Positions 36,321 through 49,525 are shown, numbered from the stretch's first letter. The stretch is DNA of 64,000 nt from Pristiophorus japonicus (GCF_044704955.1 NC_091993.1:16430001-16494000); one strand, 5' to 3'. The notes: generated by a model not told the origin, from the letters alone. Numbers and translations: made by a program.

Positions 36321-37152
36321 GATAAACAACATTTATCTGACCTGCCACAGAAGTTTAGGGAATGTAACGTTGGCTACAGCCTTGATTACCTGTACATTTT
36401 AAAAGAAATGTAGCCCATAGTTTCCAACTTGTTGTCCCATAATAACTGTGTGGTCAGTGGTTCACAGGCTGCAAATGCATCCATCTTCTATAGTGTTGAG
36501 AAAAAACTCGGTGTCCATTTTTCTGTTGCGGACCATGGTAAAAGGACTCATAACCCTTAACCCATCTTCACATGGCAGCTACACACACACTTCAAAGAGC
36601 AAAGACAGTGATCAGTGGCCTGCTTTTCCTTATCCCATTTAAGGGCTGCTAATGCAAATTATAGCCTAACCTGGCACCTTCCAGGTCTGCATGGCTCAGT
36701 ACCACATCACACTTCACATTTACCATTTGGTCAGAGATATATCTATTTCTGAAATCCAACCATTTTCTTCAAGTTACTGGGGTGGGATGGGATGAGGGGT
36801 CTTTGCTCTGAAGTATCGGCTAGGGCTATCATTATATGATTTTACCTGCAAAAGTTTTAACAGGTTTACAGGAGTCATAACTTTTTGTTCAGATTTGAAC
36901 TCCAAGTACATGGAGATGGGAGGAAGGGGAAAATGAAAGCCAGAACTGAGCATTAATCCTATCGCATCGCATCACATTACAGGAAGCATTCACAATGATC
37001 CTATAAAATGCATGCCCCGTCTAATCTGTTTAGCAGAAGGCTGCGCGGAACATTAGGGTCTGGAGAAGAAGCAATTTACAAATGAGTAGATTTTAGAAAA
37101 AAATTGCAGCACAGCACAAAAATGTACTCCTTTTTCTTGGTGTTTGTTTTAG

Positions 37153-37624
37153 ATTTCCACTTGATGGGAAACAGCTCCAGCGCATGAAAATGGAAAATGC
37201 TTTGCACAACAATCGCAATTATCTCTTCCAAAATGCAAAGACATATTTTGATTTAACTGCAGACAAAAATGGACTTTGGATAATCTATGCTTCTAGTCAT
37301 GATGAAAACATTGTTGTTGGCCAAATTGAAATCAATGAAAAATCATTTTCGATTGTTCAGAATTTTAACACCACATACCCCAAATCAAAGACCGGCAATG
37401 CTTTCATTGCGCGTGGGATTCTCTACCTCACAGATACTAAGGACTCCAAAATAGTTTTTGCTCTTGATTTGTTGAAGGAGAAACAACTTGATGTAAGTTT
37501 CGATTTAAGATCATCAAATGATACGCTTACAATGCTATCCTATAATCCACATGATCGTCATTTATATACATGGGAAAATGGCTACTTAAAGGAATATGGT
37601 CTACATTTCTTACCAGCTGAATAA
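37153..37624 (+). CDS. GLDN: Gliomedin last coding exon (C-terminal olfactomedin domain), stop TAA
   Basis: tttag|A TTT CCA... in frame with ORF 37184..37624; ADKNGLWIIYASS, NTTYPKSK.GNAFIARGILY and LSYNP.DRHLYTWENG motifs. Confidence 0.97.
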
Positions 37625-38662
37625 ATGCAAATGATTTCATAATAGAGAACAATTATTCATGCATGTGTAACTGGTACAGCTACTAATTTTTAATATGTTC
37701 GTAAGGTAAAATGATTTTTTCTCTAATGCAATATTGCCAAATGTTTTTAATTTTTTTGACATTTGCACAGAACATAGCTAACATTTTAAATAGTACATGC
37801 ACCTTCTATAATACATTGCATTGTATTTTAATTAATTGTATAATGTTTTCCTTTCCATTCGGGATTCAAGATCTAGTTGGTGTCAAATTGGTTCATATGT
37901 AAATTTTCTTTTAACAGTAAAATAGATATAAGGTTACATTTATACTGTAGTTTTAGTGTCGCTGTGAAGTAGCTGCCATTTTGCAGTGACACTAAAGCAA
38001 CTGTGAATTCAGGTCTTGTCTGACTCTGGAGAGGAATGGTGACAGACCTCTGCCCCCCCTCCCCACAACCAGTGAAGGCAGTTTCACATCCCATGGAGAA
38101 TAACTCCCGTACAGTGTTGAATCTGATTTAGAAAATGCTCATGGGGTTACTTTGACCACCTTCACACTTTAAAAAATTTCCACAGACCTGAGTGCGGACA
38201 CGCTTGCCCATGCTCTTCGACTGGTGGCTACAGTATAAATGTAGCCATACATAAATACCAAACATTTTACCTACATCTAAAGAAACTCCTTGTACATAAT
38301 CTTTGGAGCAAATGGTAGCTGTGTAATCATACATGCACATTACACAAATGTATATATAAAAGATACACACACATCTATAGTAAACAATCAAATTGTATGC
38401 ACGGTACAAATTTATAGCATATTTAAATCTTTGCTATGAGACGTACTTGCAATAATTTCTCAATATTGCACAATTACATAAAAATTGCCATGCCAGGTTT
38501 AAATATTGAACATTTAAGCAGATAGTATCACAGATGGAATTCAATGATAATGGACATTGTTAAATGCATCGATATACTTTTTGAATAGATGTTCGATATT
38601 AAAGGATATAGGACTACATCAACTGTATGCAGTAGATAGAAATTTACATGACATCAGTAGTT

Positions 38663-38668
38663 AATAAA
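38663..38668 (+). terminator. Candidate GLDN polyadenylation signal
   Basis: AATAAA with GT-rich tgtatggtgtggttt about 50 nt downstream; other AATAAA/ATTAAA hexamers exist, including one overlapping the stop codon at 37620. Confidence 0.35.
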
Positions 38669-39527
38669 ATGGAAAGTTATATTAACTGAATTTTGAACTG
38701 CTTAACATTCTAGCTGTATGGTGTGGTTTATTTAGTAAGGAAGGAGTAAGACAATTTAGTTATTCTATATTTATACAAGAACTTCAATTGCCTTTGAAAT
38801 GGCAATATATCGGTATATGTAAAGTATACATGGTAAAATTGGAAGTTTGAGAGAGATTACAACTGCACCTTTAGCTTTTTGCAACATGGGAAACTGCAAA
38901 GCCAGCATTACGGCACAGTAGATGTGCATGATTACAACTGGACACACAAGACTCCTGCTATGTGCAGAGCAGTTGGGCCAACTGGAATAATAGCATCTTC
39001 ATTTTATAGTTACCCCTGGAGTCTATGAAAGATTTTTTGGGTCCTTTGGCCTGGATTTTGAGTTGTGTAATGTAGGTGTCGTAAGAACAGGGCCTACTTC
39101 TCATGAAATTGACCCTGGTGTTGGACAAGAGCACAAAAGGCCCAGGGAAACTGTACTGAAGTGGCAAATGGCAAGTGCCGAAAATCTCTATAGGCATTTT
39201 TATTTAAAAGCAGTGCCACTAATGACAGACTGTTCTCCCACCCGTTGACAGCATTCAGATACAAAGCTGATTATCCCACAGCTTTGGAGACTTACATTTT
39301 TGTGGGCCCCACAAACTACAGTAGGATTTTCACTAACATCTTCGAATGCTAAGATTTTTTTTTTCCTACAAGTTACAATACTAACAAAAAAGACAGGAGA
39401 CTGTTACAAGAGTGCTACTCTCCTGGAACTGTATACATCAATTTTGAACCCTCATGGGTTAACACTGCTTTCCAACAATACAACAAAGATGATGCAGCAG
39501 ACAATAAGCTACACACATTAAAAATAA

Positions 39528-39533
39528 TTTATT
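39528..39533 (-). terminator. Probable DMXL2 polyadenylation signal (implies a 3' UTR of about 1.3 kb)
   Basis: AATAAA on the - strand followed by a GT-rich tract (tgtgtgtagcttattgtctg...ctttgttgtattgttgg) at about 39515-39470. Confidence 0.55.
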
Positions 39534-40846
39534 TGACTTACAAAGGTAAGATTGTGATGCACAACTATTCTTTTAGATTAAGTTTCAAGCGCAGGATGTA
39601 AAATCCATATCTTGCTCAGTCCACAAGGAAATGCAATGAATTTGTTACAGAACACAGACATTATATATGAGCAGAAGACAACTTCACAGACAACATGTCA
39701 AAATACTGACAATGTTCTCAGACTTTACTTACCATAGCAACATGTACATACAGGAAACATAAAAATACAATAAATTAAACAGTATATTACAGGCAAAATA
39801 GCAGACAATACTCAGCTCTTGAATATAAGTTATGTTAATTCACAGATCAAAATAACTTAATTGGTCATAATCCTACATAAAGTGTTGGGCCAATTAAGCC
39901 AGACATTCATCTAAGGAAATGCAACTTTTTACACATCAATAGAATTCTTTTTTTTAATACCAACGTTTTCATAGCTTCCTTTTAATTAGAGTGCAATGGA
40001 TAAACCATCAATAATGCTAATTCAGAATGAACAAAAATAAACAAAAAAATCTCATCTGGTTCCTTTGACTTTCAAGTAGAGATATACAATGCCATCATCA
40101 CACTGTGCTACACTTCATAATGTAAAGGCAAATCGTTTGTAATAGAAGTACAACAGTCTTAGAAGTTTTAAGAACACTGTGCAAAAAAGACATAAAACAG
40201 TTAAGTTTCAATAGCTTTAACTTGTTGAGTGATCAAATTAAAAGTTCAGAAATATCTAAATTAAACTGTACATCTTAATGACTGTGGTTCCCATTTTTGC
40301 AAACACTTTTTTTTTGCATTGCCGCTTTCGGATAAGACCATCAACACTGAAAAGTCCCTCCGAGAAGAAAAAATAACAATGAAATCAAATTCTATAAATC
40401 AATTCACGCCATCATTACATACGGGATTTCCCATTACAGTGCTGATGGATTTTAGCCAGGGGCACCTATTTTAAATGCCCATACACTTACAGTACACCAA
40501 AATATTCTGCATTGTGTTCACAGAGCATTACCAACAACCTGCAACTGCATTGCTTTTTAAAGTAATAATACAGTACATGCACGTCTGTCCTATGGGTTTT
40601 TAATATATGGAATTCTTCAAGTCTTTATACCACAAAGCCACACTATACTTCTTCAAATGACTTTCTTATGCTTTATATATATTTCAAATCTGCCCAGATC
40701 CACTGCTAATAGAAAACTTCTGCAAAAAGCTGAACCTTGGTCCCTTCTCATTCAAACACAAAGTGCTCTCTAGCAGCTTATGTATCCCCACAGCGTTTGT
40801 GAGACACCCTTGTTTTATAATAACCAGAACAAGCAAGCCCAGTAAA

Positions 40847-41056
40847 CTACAATATGTCGAATATTCCAGCAGGGGTATTAAAATAGTCTGGCAAAACTCG
40901 TGTCTTCAAAGTTCCATCTGCTCCACAGGAAAAGATGCGGTTGGCTGGCCGGATGTCCAGCTGCACAACTCCTGCACCAATGTTTCGAAAGATCGACTGT
41001 TTGGCATGTTCATTTGTAAATGAATGAATTAATCCATGACCAGTTAACCGAAACAC
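40847..41056 (-). CDS. DMXL2: DMXL2 (Rabconnectin-3 alpha) last coding exon VFRLTGHGLIHSF...FSCGADGTLKTRVLP...FDIL-stop
   Basis: gcag|GTG acceptor; C-terminus matches DMXL2 (EHAKQSIFRNIGAGV, TLKTRVLP, DIL); known synteny with GLDN. Confidence 0.96.
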   Translation of the reverse strand: MFRLTGHGLIHSFTNEHAKQSIFRNIGAGVVQLDIRPANRIFSCGADGTLKTRVLPDYFNTPAGIFDIL

Positions 41057-41419
41057 CTGCAAAGCAAAGAGATGTCATGTCAGGAAAAAGACTTGATAAA
41101 AACATTAACAATACTCCAAAGTTCATGAGAATTATTGTTAGTTCAAAATCATTTAAAATGTCCATTTATTCAAGATAATCAGTTTTATAGTTATTTAAAA
41201 GTTGGCAAAATGAGTTAGGATACTGTTCTTACACTGGACATGTCACATAATGAGGAGAAAGACTGCTACCTGGAGTTGAACTTTTAGGTTTACTGATTTA
41301 AAAAAAAACAGGCATTTAATACACTTTACACAAACTGCTCAATGGCATGCACAGTGTTTTGAGACATTATCAGATGTACCCACAAGTGCTTTGGGGGCAA
41401 GGGGTGGGGAGGAGATAGA

Positions 41420-41455
<36 letters not shown>

Positions 41456-42099
41456 TTGCTCAAGATCTGGACAGTGAAGGAGGAGAGAGAAGACTATGCA
41501 GTGTGATAACTGGAAGGAACAGAGAACAATGCCAATTGCCAAGTCCACAATTGGGATACAAGAAAGATAGAGAACAGGCAGGATTGTGGGAAAGAGACAG
41601 GAGAAAAAAGTGGTGCAACAAGGTTCACTGTTGAGTCCAAAATTGGGTGGTATCATTGGGAGACAAGATGTCAGCATTTTATTTTCCTTCACAATCATTC
41701 TGTGCCCGCACTCTCCAAGCTCCAAGCTTAGGCAATCCTCGGACCAAAACAAAGTGTCACATCGCATCACATAGCATCAATCTTACAACTTTGCATCTAG
41801 AATGATAACCTATGCCAAAAAGTAGCTAACTATTAAAACACTGATGGTATACACTACATTGCACTGTCAATTATTTTTTTATACAATACTGGTACCTGTA
41901 GTTTATGAAAAATAAACTACTCTTACCACAGTCAGTCTAATTTTAGGAGGTGCAAATCCAGAGCACAAGCTGCTCAACATTTGCTCACGAACCTGGAATT
42001 TAAAAAAAAATCGAATTCAATGGTCCCTAAAAATGGTCAGTGTGTGACGCTGAACTAGACAGTGCTGCAGTAAAATGCTGCGATTCCAATTTTGACTTA

Positions 42100-42782
42100 T
42101 AAGAACATAAGAAATAGGAGCAGGTGTAGGCCATTTGGCCCCTTGAGCCTGTTCCGCCATTCAATAAGATCATGGCTGATCTGATCATGGACTGAGTTCC
42201 ACTTCCCTGCCTGCTCCCCATAACCCTTTACTCCCTTATCGCTCAAAAATCTGTCTATCTCCGCCTTAAATATATTCAATCACCCAGCCTCCACAGCTCT
42301 CTGGGACAGAGAATTCCATAGATTTACAACCCTGAGAGAGAAGAAATTTCTCATCTTAGAATAAGGGGCTGCCCATTTAAAACTATGTCCCCTAGTTTTA
42401 GTTTCCCCTATGAGTGGAAATATCCTCTCTGCATCCACCTTGTTGAGCCCCCTCATTATCTTGTAAGTTTCAATAAGATCACCTCTCATTCTGAACTCCA
42501 CTGTGTATAGGCCCAATCTACTCAACCTATCCTCATAAGTCATCTCCAGAACCAACTTAGTGAACCTTCTATGAACAGCCTCCAATGCAAGTATATCCTT
42601 CCTTAAATACGGAGACCAAAACTGTACACAGTATTCCAGGTGTGGCCTCACCAACACCCTGTACAGTTGTAGCAGGACTTCTCTGTATTTATACTCTATC
42701 GCCCTTGCAATAAAGGCCAACATTCCATTTGCCTTCCTGATTACTTGTTGTACCTGCATACTAACTTTGTGTGTTCATGCCA
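42100..42782 (-). mobile_element. CR1 LINE 3' fragment
   Basis: ORF 42280..42759 with KANGMLAFIAR and LVRPHLEYCVQFWSP; tail ttcttatgttctta. Confidence 0.9.
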
Positions 42783-43289
42783 TTTAAATTATAATTCGCT
42801 TTTCTATTATTTCTACCATAAACATTACTGGGGCAAGTAGAGCAGCTTTGCCAATTATGTGGACACACTATAACTGACCAGGAAACAACTGATGCAGACA
42901 ATTGATAAGTCACAGGGTGGGCATTATGGGACTAACACAGTCCTATATTTTTAGAATTTTATAGCTACAACTTTCAAATAGTCTGCAGCTCAAATACAAA
43001 ACACAGCAGTCCCGAAAATCTAGAGGCTGCAATCTCAGTGGTATAACACTAATGTCGCACCCACTGGTGCCCTCCAGTGCTGAACTCATCAGGCGTACAG
43101 GCAAATTCTGTACTTGTATAATTTACTAGCAGTGGCCCCCATGTTTTTCTATAGGGTGAGCTGAGAAATAAAATGTATGTAAATTATTTTAGTAATCTAG
43201 TTCATAAAAAATACGGCTGATGGCAGATTTCAGTGGGAAATATCTTTGCTGAGGCAGCCTCGCATAGAATTTTTTGCCTGAAGTCTTAC

Positions 43290-43507
43290 CTTCATGTTCC
43301 CCTCTGCTGAACCTGTAATGAAATAATCTTCTGTGGAGTCCAAAGCAAGGGCCTTAATAGCAGAATCGTGTGCCTGAAATGTGTGTAGCAGCTGCCTCTG
43401 CCTTATGTCAAAAATGCAGACAAAGCCTTTCCTGCCTCCAGAGATCAGAAGTTGCTGCTTTGGTGCGTACTGAAGCACTGTGGCACCATTGTCATGGCAG
43501 ACGAAAC
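43290..43507 (-). CDS. DMXL2: DMXL2 WD40 exon GFVCHDNGATVLQYAPKQQLLISGGRKG...FITGSAEGNMK
   Basis: ttag|GT TTC...AAG|gtaag, 218 bp, phase 1/0. Confidence 0.96.
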
Positions 43508-44732
43508 CTAAGGAGATTAAAAGGGGGAAAAGAAAACCCTTCAGTCTCAAAATTTATGGTTAGCAAAACAAAGTACCTGCATGCAAACATAATTGTGAAA
43601 AAAACTGGAGCAAGTTTTATTTTAGATTATACCACCCATAAGTGATCTGCGCTTTGGTATTTACCAATTTTCTGTTAAACATCCTGCTAGAAATTACACA
43701 ACAGCAGGCAAACAGCGTAGCAGATATCAGGAATTCAGCAAAGTGGGGAAGGGGTGAGAAAATCAAACCAGTGTCCTATAATTCCATGGTATTTTGCATC
43801 CAGAAATTAAACTGATACGAGACACTTTTTATATATGACGACTTCTACCAATCAGTCTCAGCATTCAATCATTTCAACGGTGAACATATTTTTTTTTAAA
43901 GAATCCAGGTCTGTACAAGATGGGTTTTCGATCTCTTCTCCAGCTTTCTCCTGGCTTCTTTGCTGCTACCCCTTCCTCCTCCTGCCCTAAAGGCTGCCCT
44001 GCCAAACCACACGACTGCAGTAAAACTGGTTTGAAAGCAGCCAAAAACAGTCCGGGATCAGCAAAAATCTCTTCTTAGAAGTAAGTTTTGTCAGAAAACA
44101 GGCCGGAGAAGTTAATCAGAGGCCTAAAAAGGCAAACCAGCAACTAACCTTGATGTGAATGAGCCTTTTAAATTGCGTTGCTGAAGGATCCTTGCTGCCT
44201 GTTATCATGCCTGTTACAAAGTTTATCATGCGGCTAGTCAGGCACTGGGGCTGATCAATATCGTGAGCGTAGGACCTTTATTTAAATATTTAATTCACCG
44301 TTTTACATATTTCTGCCACATGCCCTTGATGCCAACAGAGCAGTATGCTCCAATATGGCAGGGGGGGGCCTTTTGATACAGAATGAGTGCGTGCGGTGCC
44401 CACCATATTGGATGCTTAGGCTCATGTTATGCATATGAAATATTAGCGTTGCCCCAACGAATTTCTAAATGATCAAGTAGAAATAGCACAGAATTTTTTG
44501 GTACAAGCTTGTTTGCATAATTATAGCAGCATAGGTGCAGACAGTCAGATCTTGCCAGAAAATTTGCATGGAAATCAAATTTAAAGGGATGGAGGCAACA
44601 AAAGTGGGGGAGGGGGGTGTGGGTTTATCATAATTGGGGGCAAAAATTCAGAAAGCTTTTTGAGATTCTAAAAAGGTACCACAACTCATCAACGAACCTA
44701 GCTAAAGCTGAAGGGCAGAGTATTAAGAAGTG

Positions 44733-45140
44733 TCAGGCAAAAGTGAAGGGAAAGTGCAGACAGAAGTCTGCAGACAAGTGAGAGAGCAGTCCAGCAATGA
44801 CCCCATCTAGGCTGATGCTGCACAAGTTGTTTCTGAGATGGCTGTCTTTGCACCACTTCAAGGTACCGTTCCCATACGTCAGCATTGCAGCATGCCCGTG
44901 TTCATTAGTGGTTAAGTGTGCCAGTGCCGTTTTGGTGGGTGTGACCAAGTAACAGTGGCTTCTGATCACCCTGGCATGCCTTATTTCCTCCAGTACCAGA
45001 CAAAGCTTTGATTGGACTGCATCCACAGAGCTATCCAGCATAATGGTTAGTGAAGCATTCACATATTATAGTGATGTCATCCGGACTCTGCTAGTGAAAC
45101 GAGAGCAGACTCCAACAGCATGAGGTAATTTCACCTCTAT
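44733..45140 (-). mobile_element. Possible decayed hAT-superfamily transposase fragment
   Basis: SLTIMLDSSVD...HLRNNLCSISLDG resembles the two catalytic-Asp regions of hAT transposases (S...DESTD and L.gf..DG); recognised by eye only. Confidence 0.4.
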
Positions 45141-45149
45141 TTGCAGATG

Positions 45150-46800
45150 CTGGTAGGAGGGCATGGACCAGCTCTCTGGAAACCCAGCTACAACACTCTC
45201 ATCTATCCGACAATGTGGAAAATTGCACAAAAAGCAGGACAAATTCAATCCAGCCAATTACCACCCCATCAGTCTACTTCCAATCAGCAGCAAAGTGATG
45301 GAAGGCATCGCCGGCAGTTTTATCAAGCGGCACTTACTCACCGATGCTCAGATTGGGTTCCGCCAGGACCACTCGGCTCCAGACCTCTTTATAGCCTTGG
45401 TCCAAACATGGACAAAAGAGCTGAATTCCAGAGTTCAGGTGAGAGTGATTGCCCTGGACATGAAGGCAGCATTTGACCGAGTGTGGCATCAAGGAGCCCT
45501 AGTAAAACTGAAGTCAATGGGAATAAAAATTCTCCAGTGGCTGGAGCCATATCTAGTACGAAGGAAGATGGTTGAGGTTTTTGGAGGTCAATCATCACAG
45601 CCCCAGGACATCACTGCAGGAGTTCCTCAGGGCGGTGTCCTACGCCCAACCATCTTCAGCTACTTCATCAATGACCTTCCCTCCATCATAAGGTCAGAAG
45701 GGGGGATGTTTTCTGATGATTGCACAGTGTTCAGTTTCATTCGCAACTCCTCAGATAATGGTGCAGTCCATGTCCGTATGCAGCAAGACCTGGATAAAAT
45801 CCAGGCTTACGCTGATAAGTAGCAAGTAACATTCGTGCCACACAAGTGCCAGGTAATGACCATCTCTAAAAGCGAGAGTCTAACCACCGCCCCTTGACAT
45901 TCAAAACCATTACCATTGCTGAATCCTCCACCATCAAGATCCTGGGGGACACCATTGACCACATAAATACCGTGGCAACAAGAGCCAGTCAGAGGCTGGG
46001 TATTCTGTGGTGAATGTCTCATCTCCTGATTCCCCAAGGCCTTTCCACCATCTACAAGGCACAAGTCAGGAGTGTGATGGAATACTCTCCACTTGCCTGG
46101 ATGAGTGCAGCTCCAACAACACTTAAGAAGCTTGACACCATCCAGGACAAAGCAGCCCACTTGACTGGCACCCCATCCACCACCTTCAACAACATTCACT
46201 CCCTCCATCACCGGTGCACCGTGGCTGCAGTGTGTACCATCTACAAGATGCACTGCAGCAACTCGCCGAGGCTTCTTCGGCAGCACCTCCCAAATACGCG
46301 ACCTCTACAACAAGGGCCGCAGGTGCATGGGAGCATCATCACTTATATTGTGTTCCTAACACAGATGAGACTGCACACGGAGGTTAAAGTAACAGCGACC
46401 TCAGTCTTTAATAAGACACTCCAGAGTGAGGAACAGGCCTTAGGGGCCGGCTTATATACAGTGCTCCCAAGGGATGCTGGGATCCCTTGGGACTTCAGGG
46501 GATGAGCTCCCTGGTGGCGGAACATGGGAGTGCATGCTTTACAGATACACAATAACTTGCAAGTTCCCTTCCAAGTTACACACCATCCTGACTTGGAAAT
46601 ATATCGCCGTTCCTTCATCGTTGCTGGGTCAAAATCCTGGAACTCCCTCCTTAACAGCACTAAAGAAGTTCCTTCACCACAAGGACTACAGCAGTTCAAG
46701 GCAGCAGCTCACCATCACCTTCTCAAGGGCAATTAGGGATGGGCAATAAATGCTGGCTTTGCCAGCGACGCCCATATCCCGGAACAAACAATAAAAAAAA
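45150..46800 (+). mobile_element. CR1-group LINE (RT plus tail and poly A) interrupted by a solo LTR
   Basis: ALDMKAAFDRVWH, GVPQG, FSDD, YKAQVRSVMEYSPLAW; tail gggcaattagggatgggcaataaatgctgg...aaaaaaaa. Confidence 0.9.
46346..46554 (-). mobile_element. Solo LTR related to the LTR at 10984-11194
   Basis: 5-bp TSD actta/acttg; on the - strand shares ccaccag...gtccca.ggga...cccttgggagcac...tataag; terminal IR tattgtgt/acacaata. Confidence 0.8.
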
Positions 46801-47067
46801 CAAACTTGACCTGCCTGGCATTGCTCTTCTGGTTGTAGAATTCCTATGAGGAAACCCTTCAACACCATTAAAGGAAGCTGGAGACAATAAATAATTAGCT
46901 CAAAGGGTTATGAAAGCCAAATTTCCAGCAAGGAAAATGACAAACGTAAGTTCCAGAATAGGTTAAAAAACACATTTTGAAATTTGTACCCTATAAATGG
47001 CATCTCGCTGAACGGTTCATCCCCAGCAATTCTGGATAATAGTGCCTTGAATTTCTTTCAGGATATT

Positions 47068-47830
47068 GGGCCCAAAATTCCACATGGACTTTTTTTGGGG
47101 CCGTTGTAGAGGTACGTCCAATTTTTTAGTGGCCCAACTGCGCCAAAAAAAAAGTTCCAAGTTTCGCCGGCATAACCTCTCATTTTGGAGCCGCGCAGAT
47201 GTCCTTAAGCTCTGTGGGTGGACCAAAAAACTGAGGTTGCCAGGATAACGAGGGATGTTCTGAAGGGCCGGGGCACAAATAAAGCATTTCCCCTTTGTAA
47301 AATAGATCACTAAGTGAGACTGAAATCTCAATATATGAAACAGTATGAAATTCCTTTATTCCTTTTTAGCATTTATAGATTTTTTTCACCTCCAGTGTGT
47401 CAGTGCCACTGCAATCCTGGGCCAAAAGGCTCCCCCGCCACATCGGCCCGCCTTTATCCCGGGCCGAAAGGACCCCGCACCAGCCCTGCCCCGTGCCTTC
47501 AGCTCTGCTGAAACAATGATGTCTTCTCTCTGCCAATTTTCACTTTGCGACGATTTTCTTAAGTGTAGGTAAGGTTTTTCAGAATGGTGCAGTGCGCAGT
47601 TTTTGAAAAAATCCTACTTGGCCAAACTCGCTTAAATGGCCAGAAATGGCGCACCTGGCAGGTTCCGCCCCCAGTGACGTCAAAAAATTGTGAACTAAAA
47701 GAAAAAAAATCGGACGTACCTACTTTAGAATGGCGCAGAAACTTTGGCGTAACTTGCAGATTTTAGTCTGCTCCAAAAATAACAGCATAGGCCAAAAAAA
47801 TGGTGCAGAATGGTGGTGAAAATTCAGCCC
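47068..47830. mobile_element. Harbinger-like MITE
   Basis: gggcccaaaatt... / ...aaaattcagccc termini flanked by att/ata. Confidence 0.65.
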
Positions 47831-48233
47831 ATAGGACCTTCCTACCAGCAGATGGAGGAGACTTTTATCCCATCCAGTCTGGGTGGAATCTAAACCCTGG
47901 CTCCAGAGGCGAGAGGCCAAAGATTAAACTATTGCATCACGTAAGTCCTTAAAAGTTTAGAACATACCAAAGAATACCAGACTAGCCATGTCTTGTGGCT
48001 GTCGGCCAATGACAATTTTTGAATACATAGAATAAATTTATAATTATTGACAGAAATCAAATAAAAGTAACCATTTAAAAGAAAATACTTTGCACTATTT
48101 CTGAAAAGTGGAATACAGTTAATTTCATAGGAAATTAGTATTTCAGGTACAATGTTAAAAAAATGCAAAATCATCAAATATTTTTTTTATCACCAACAAG
48201 AATTCTATTAAGAGGTACAAACACTGATCTTAC

Positions 48234-48286
48234 CATGCACAAGACTGTTGTGTGGTGAAATTAGTGTATCCCATAGACAAACATTT
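48234..48286 (-). CDS. DMXL2: DMXL2 exon (R)NVCLWDTLISPHNSLVH(G)
   Basis: ccag|A AAT...CAT G|gtaag, 53 bp, phase 2/1; WD dipeptide. Confidence 0.94.
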
Positions 48287-48809
48287 CTGGAAAGAAAAGC
48301 AGAAAATGCCAGTTAGTATACAATCTAACATTCTCAAAATCATGTTAAAATTTAGTAGTTCCACCATTATAGGGAAGATGTAGGTAAACAATTGCCCAAA
48401 GATTTCCAGTCAATATAGGGGCACATTATTCATTTATTGGTCATGGGCAGTGAAGTCTTCTGCTCTCCCACCACCCCCACCAAGCTATAGCACCGGGCTG
48501 TGAACTCCATGCCAGACCCGCTCTATTCTTGCTGCTGAAAGTTCCTTGTATCATAAACTCCCCTGTTGTTTCTGTCATGGTTTAGAGAATGAGAGGGGGC
48601 AGGGGAAGGCATATCTCCTACACTGTGCAAGAAAAACGTTCACATGGCAGCAGGAAGGATTCAACAAAACAGAGTGGAACAGGAACAAGATCTGGATTAG
48701 AGCTCAACCCTAGCTATGCACTACAGAATTAGTTAATAAATAACAATCTAGAAAAATTAGATACAGGAAGAGTTAATAAATTGGAATTTATGAAGAAAAT
48801 GTGTTAATA

Positions 48810-48941
48810 CAGGTTGGGCCTCCCTTATCCGGGACTCCCTTATCCTCCCCCCCCGGGCCACTGACCTCCCATCATCTGGCAAAATCCCTTATCCAGCACA
48901 GGCCAGGTCCCGAGGGTGCTGGATAAGGGAAGTTCAACCTG
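48810..48941. mobile_element. Tc1/mariner-pogo (Tigger-like) MITE
   Basis: TA TSD; TIR caggttgggcctcccttatcc / ggataagggaagttcaacctg; internal repeats of cccttatcc. Confidence 0.82.
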
Positions 48942-49043
48942 TACTTAAATAGATTGAGAAAACAATCTTTAACATGACAATATCCCCCTTTTGCATCTGG
49001 CACAAATTTTCTCATGTCAATATCTCATTACAGTTCACTGTAC

Positions 49044-49135
49044 CTGTTATCGTTAGATTGTCCTGCTGTGGTTATGAGGCTTGAGGAGGTAACAAATGCA
49101 AAGTCACCAGCAGCTTTACTGTGACACTGCCAGCT
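49044..49135 (-). CDS. DMXL2: DMXL2 exon SWQCHSKAAGDFAFVTSSSLITTAGQSNDN(R)
   Basis: gcag|AGC TGG...AAC AG|gtaca, 92 bp, phase 0/2. Confidence 0.94.
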
Positions 49136-49341
49136 CTGCAATTAAACAATAAAAACTTCTTATACTAATACAACATTGCAAAAGAAATTCTATAGCAGCA
49201 TTTCCTTTGGCAAACTTTACTTTGCTTCCTGAGGTGATGGTTCATATTGTTACAAATTACTGGAAGAACTTGGTCCCTGAAATGCTACATTCTCAACACA
49301 TTTGGCTGAAGTCTGACAATAAACTCATCTATCGAAGGACA

Positions 49342-49525
49342 ACAGCAAAATACTGCAGATGCTGAAATCCAAAACAAAAACAGAAAATGCTGGAAGCTCA
49401 GGAGACCAGACAGCATCTGTAGTGCGAGAAACAGTTAATGTTACAGATCTGACAAAGGGCCTCAGAGACCTGAAACGTTAACTTTTTCTCTCACTACGGA
49501 TGCTGCCTGGCCTGCTGAGTGTTTT
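49342..49525. mobile_element. Second palindromic Penelope-like remnant
   Basis: Collinear with 30197-30400. Confidence 0.6.
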
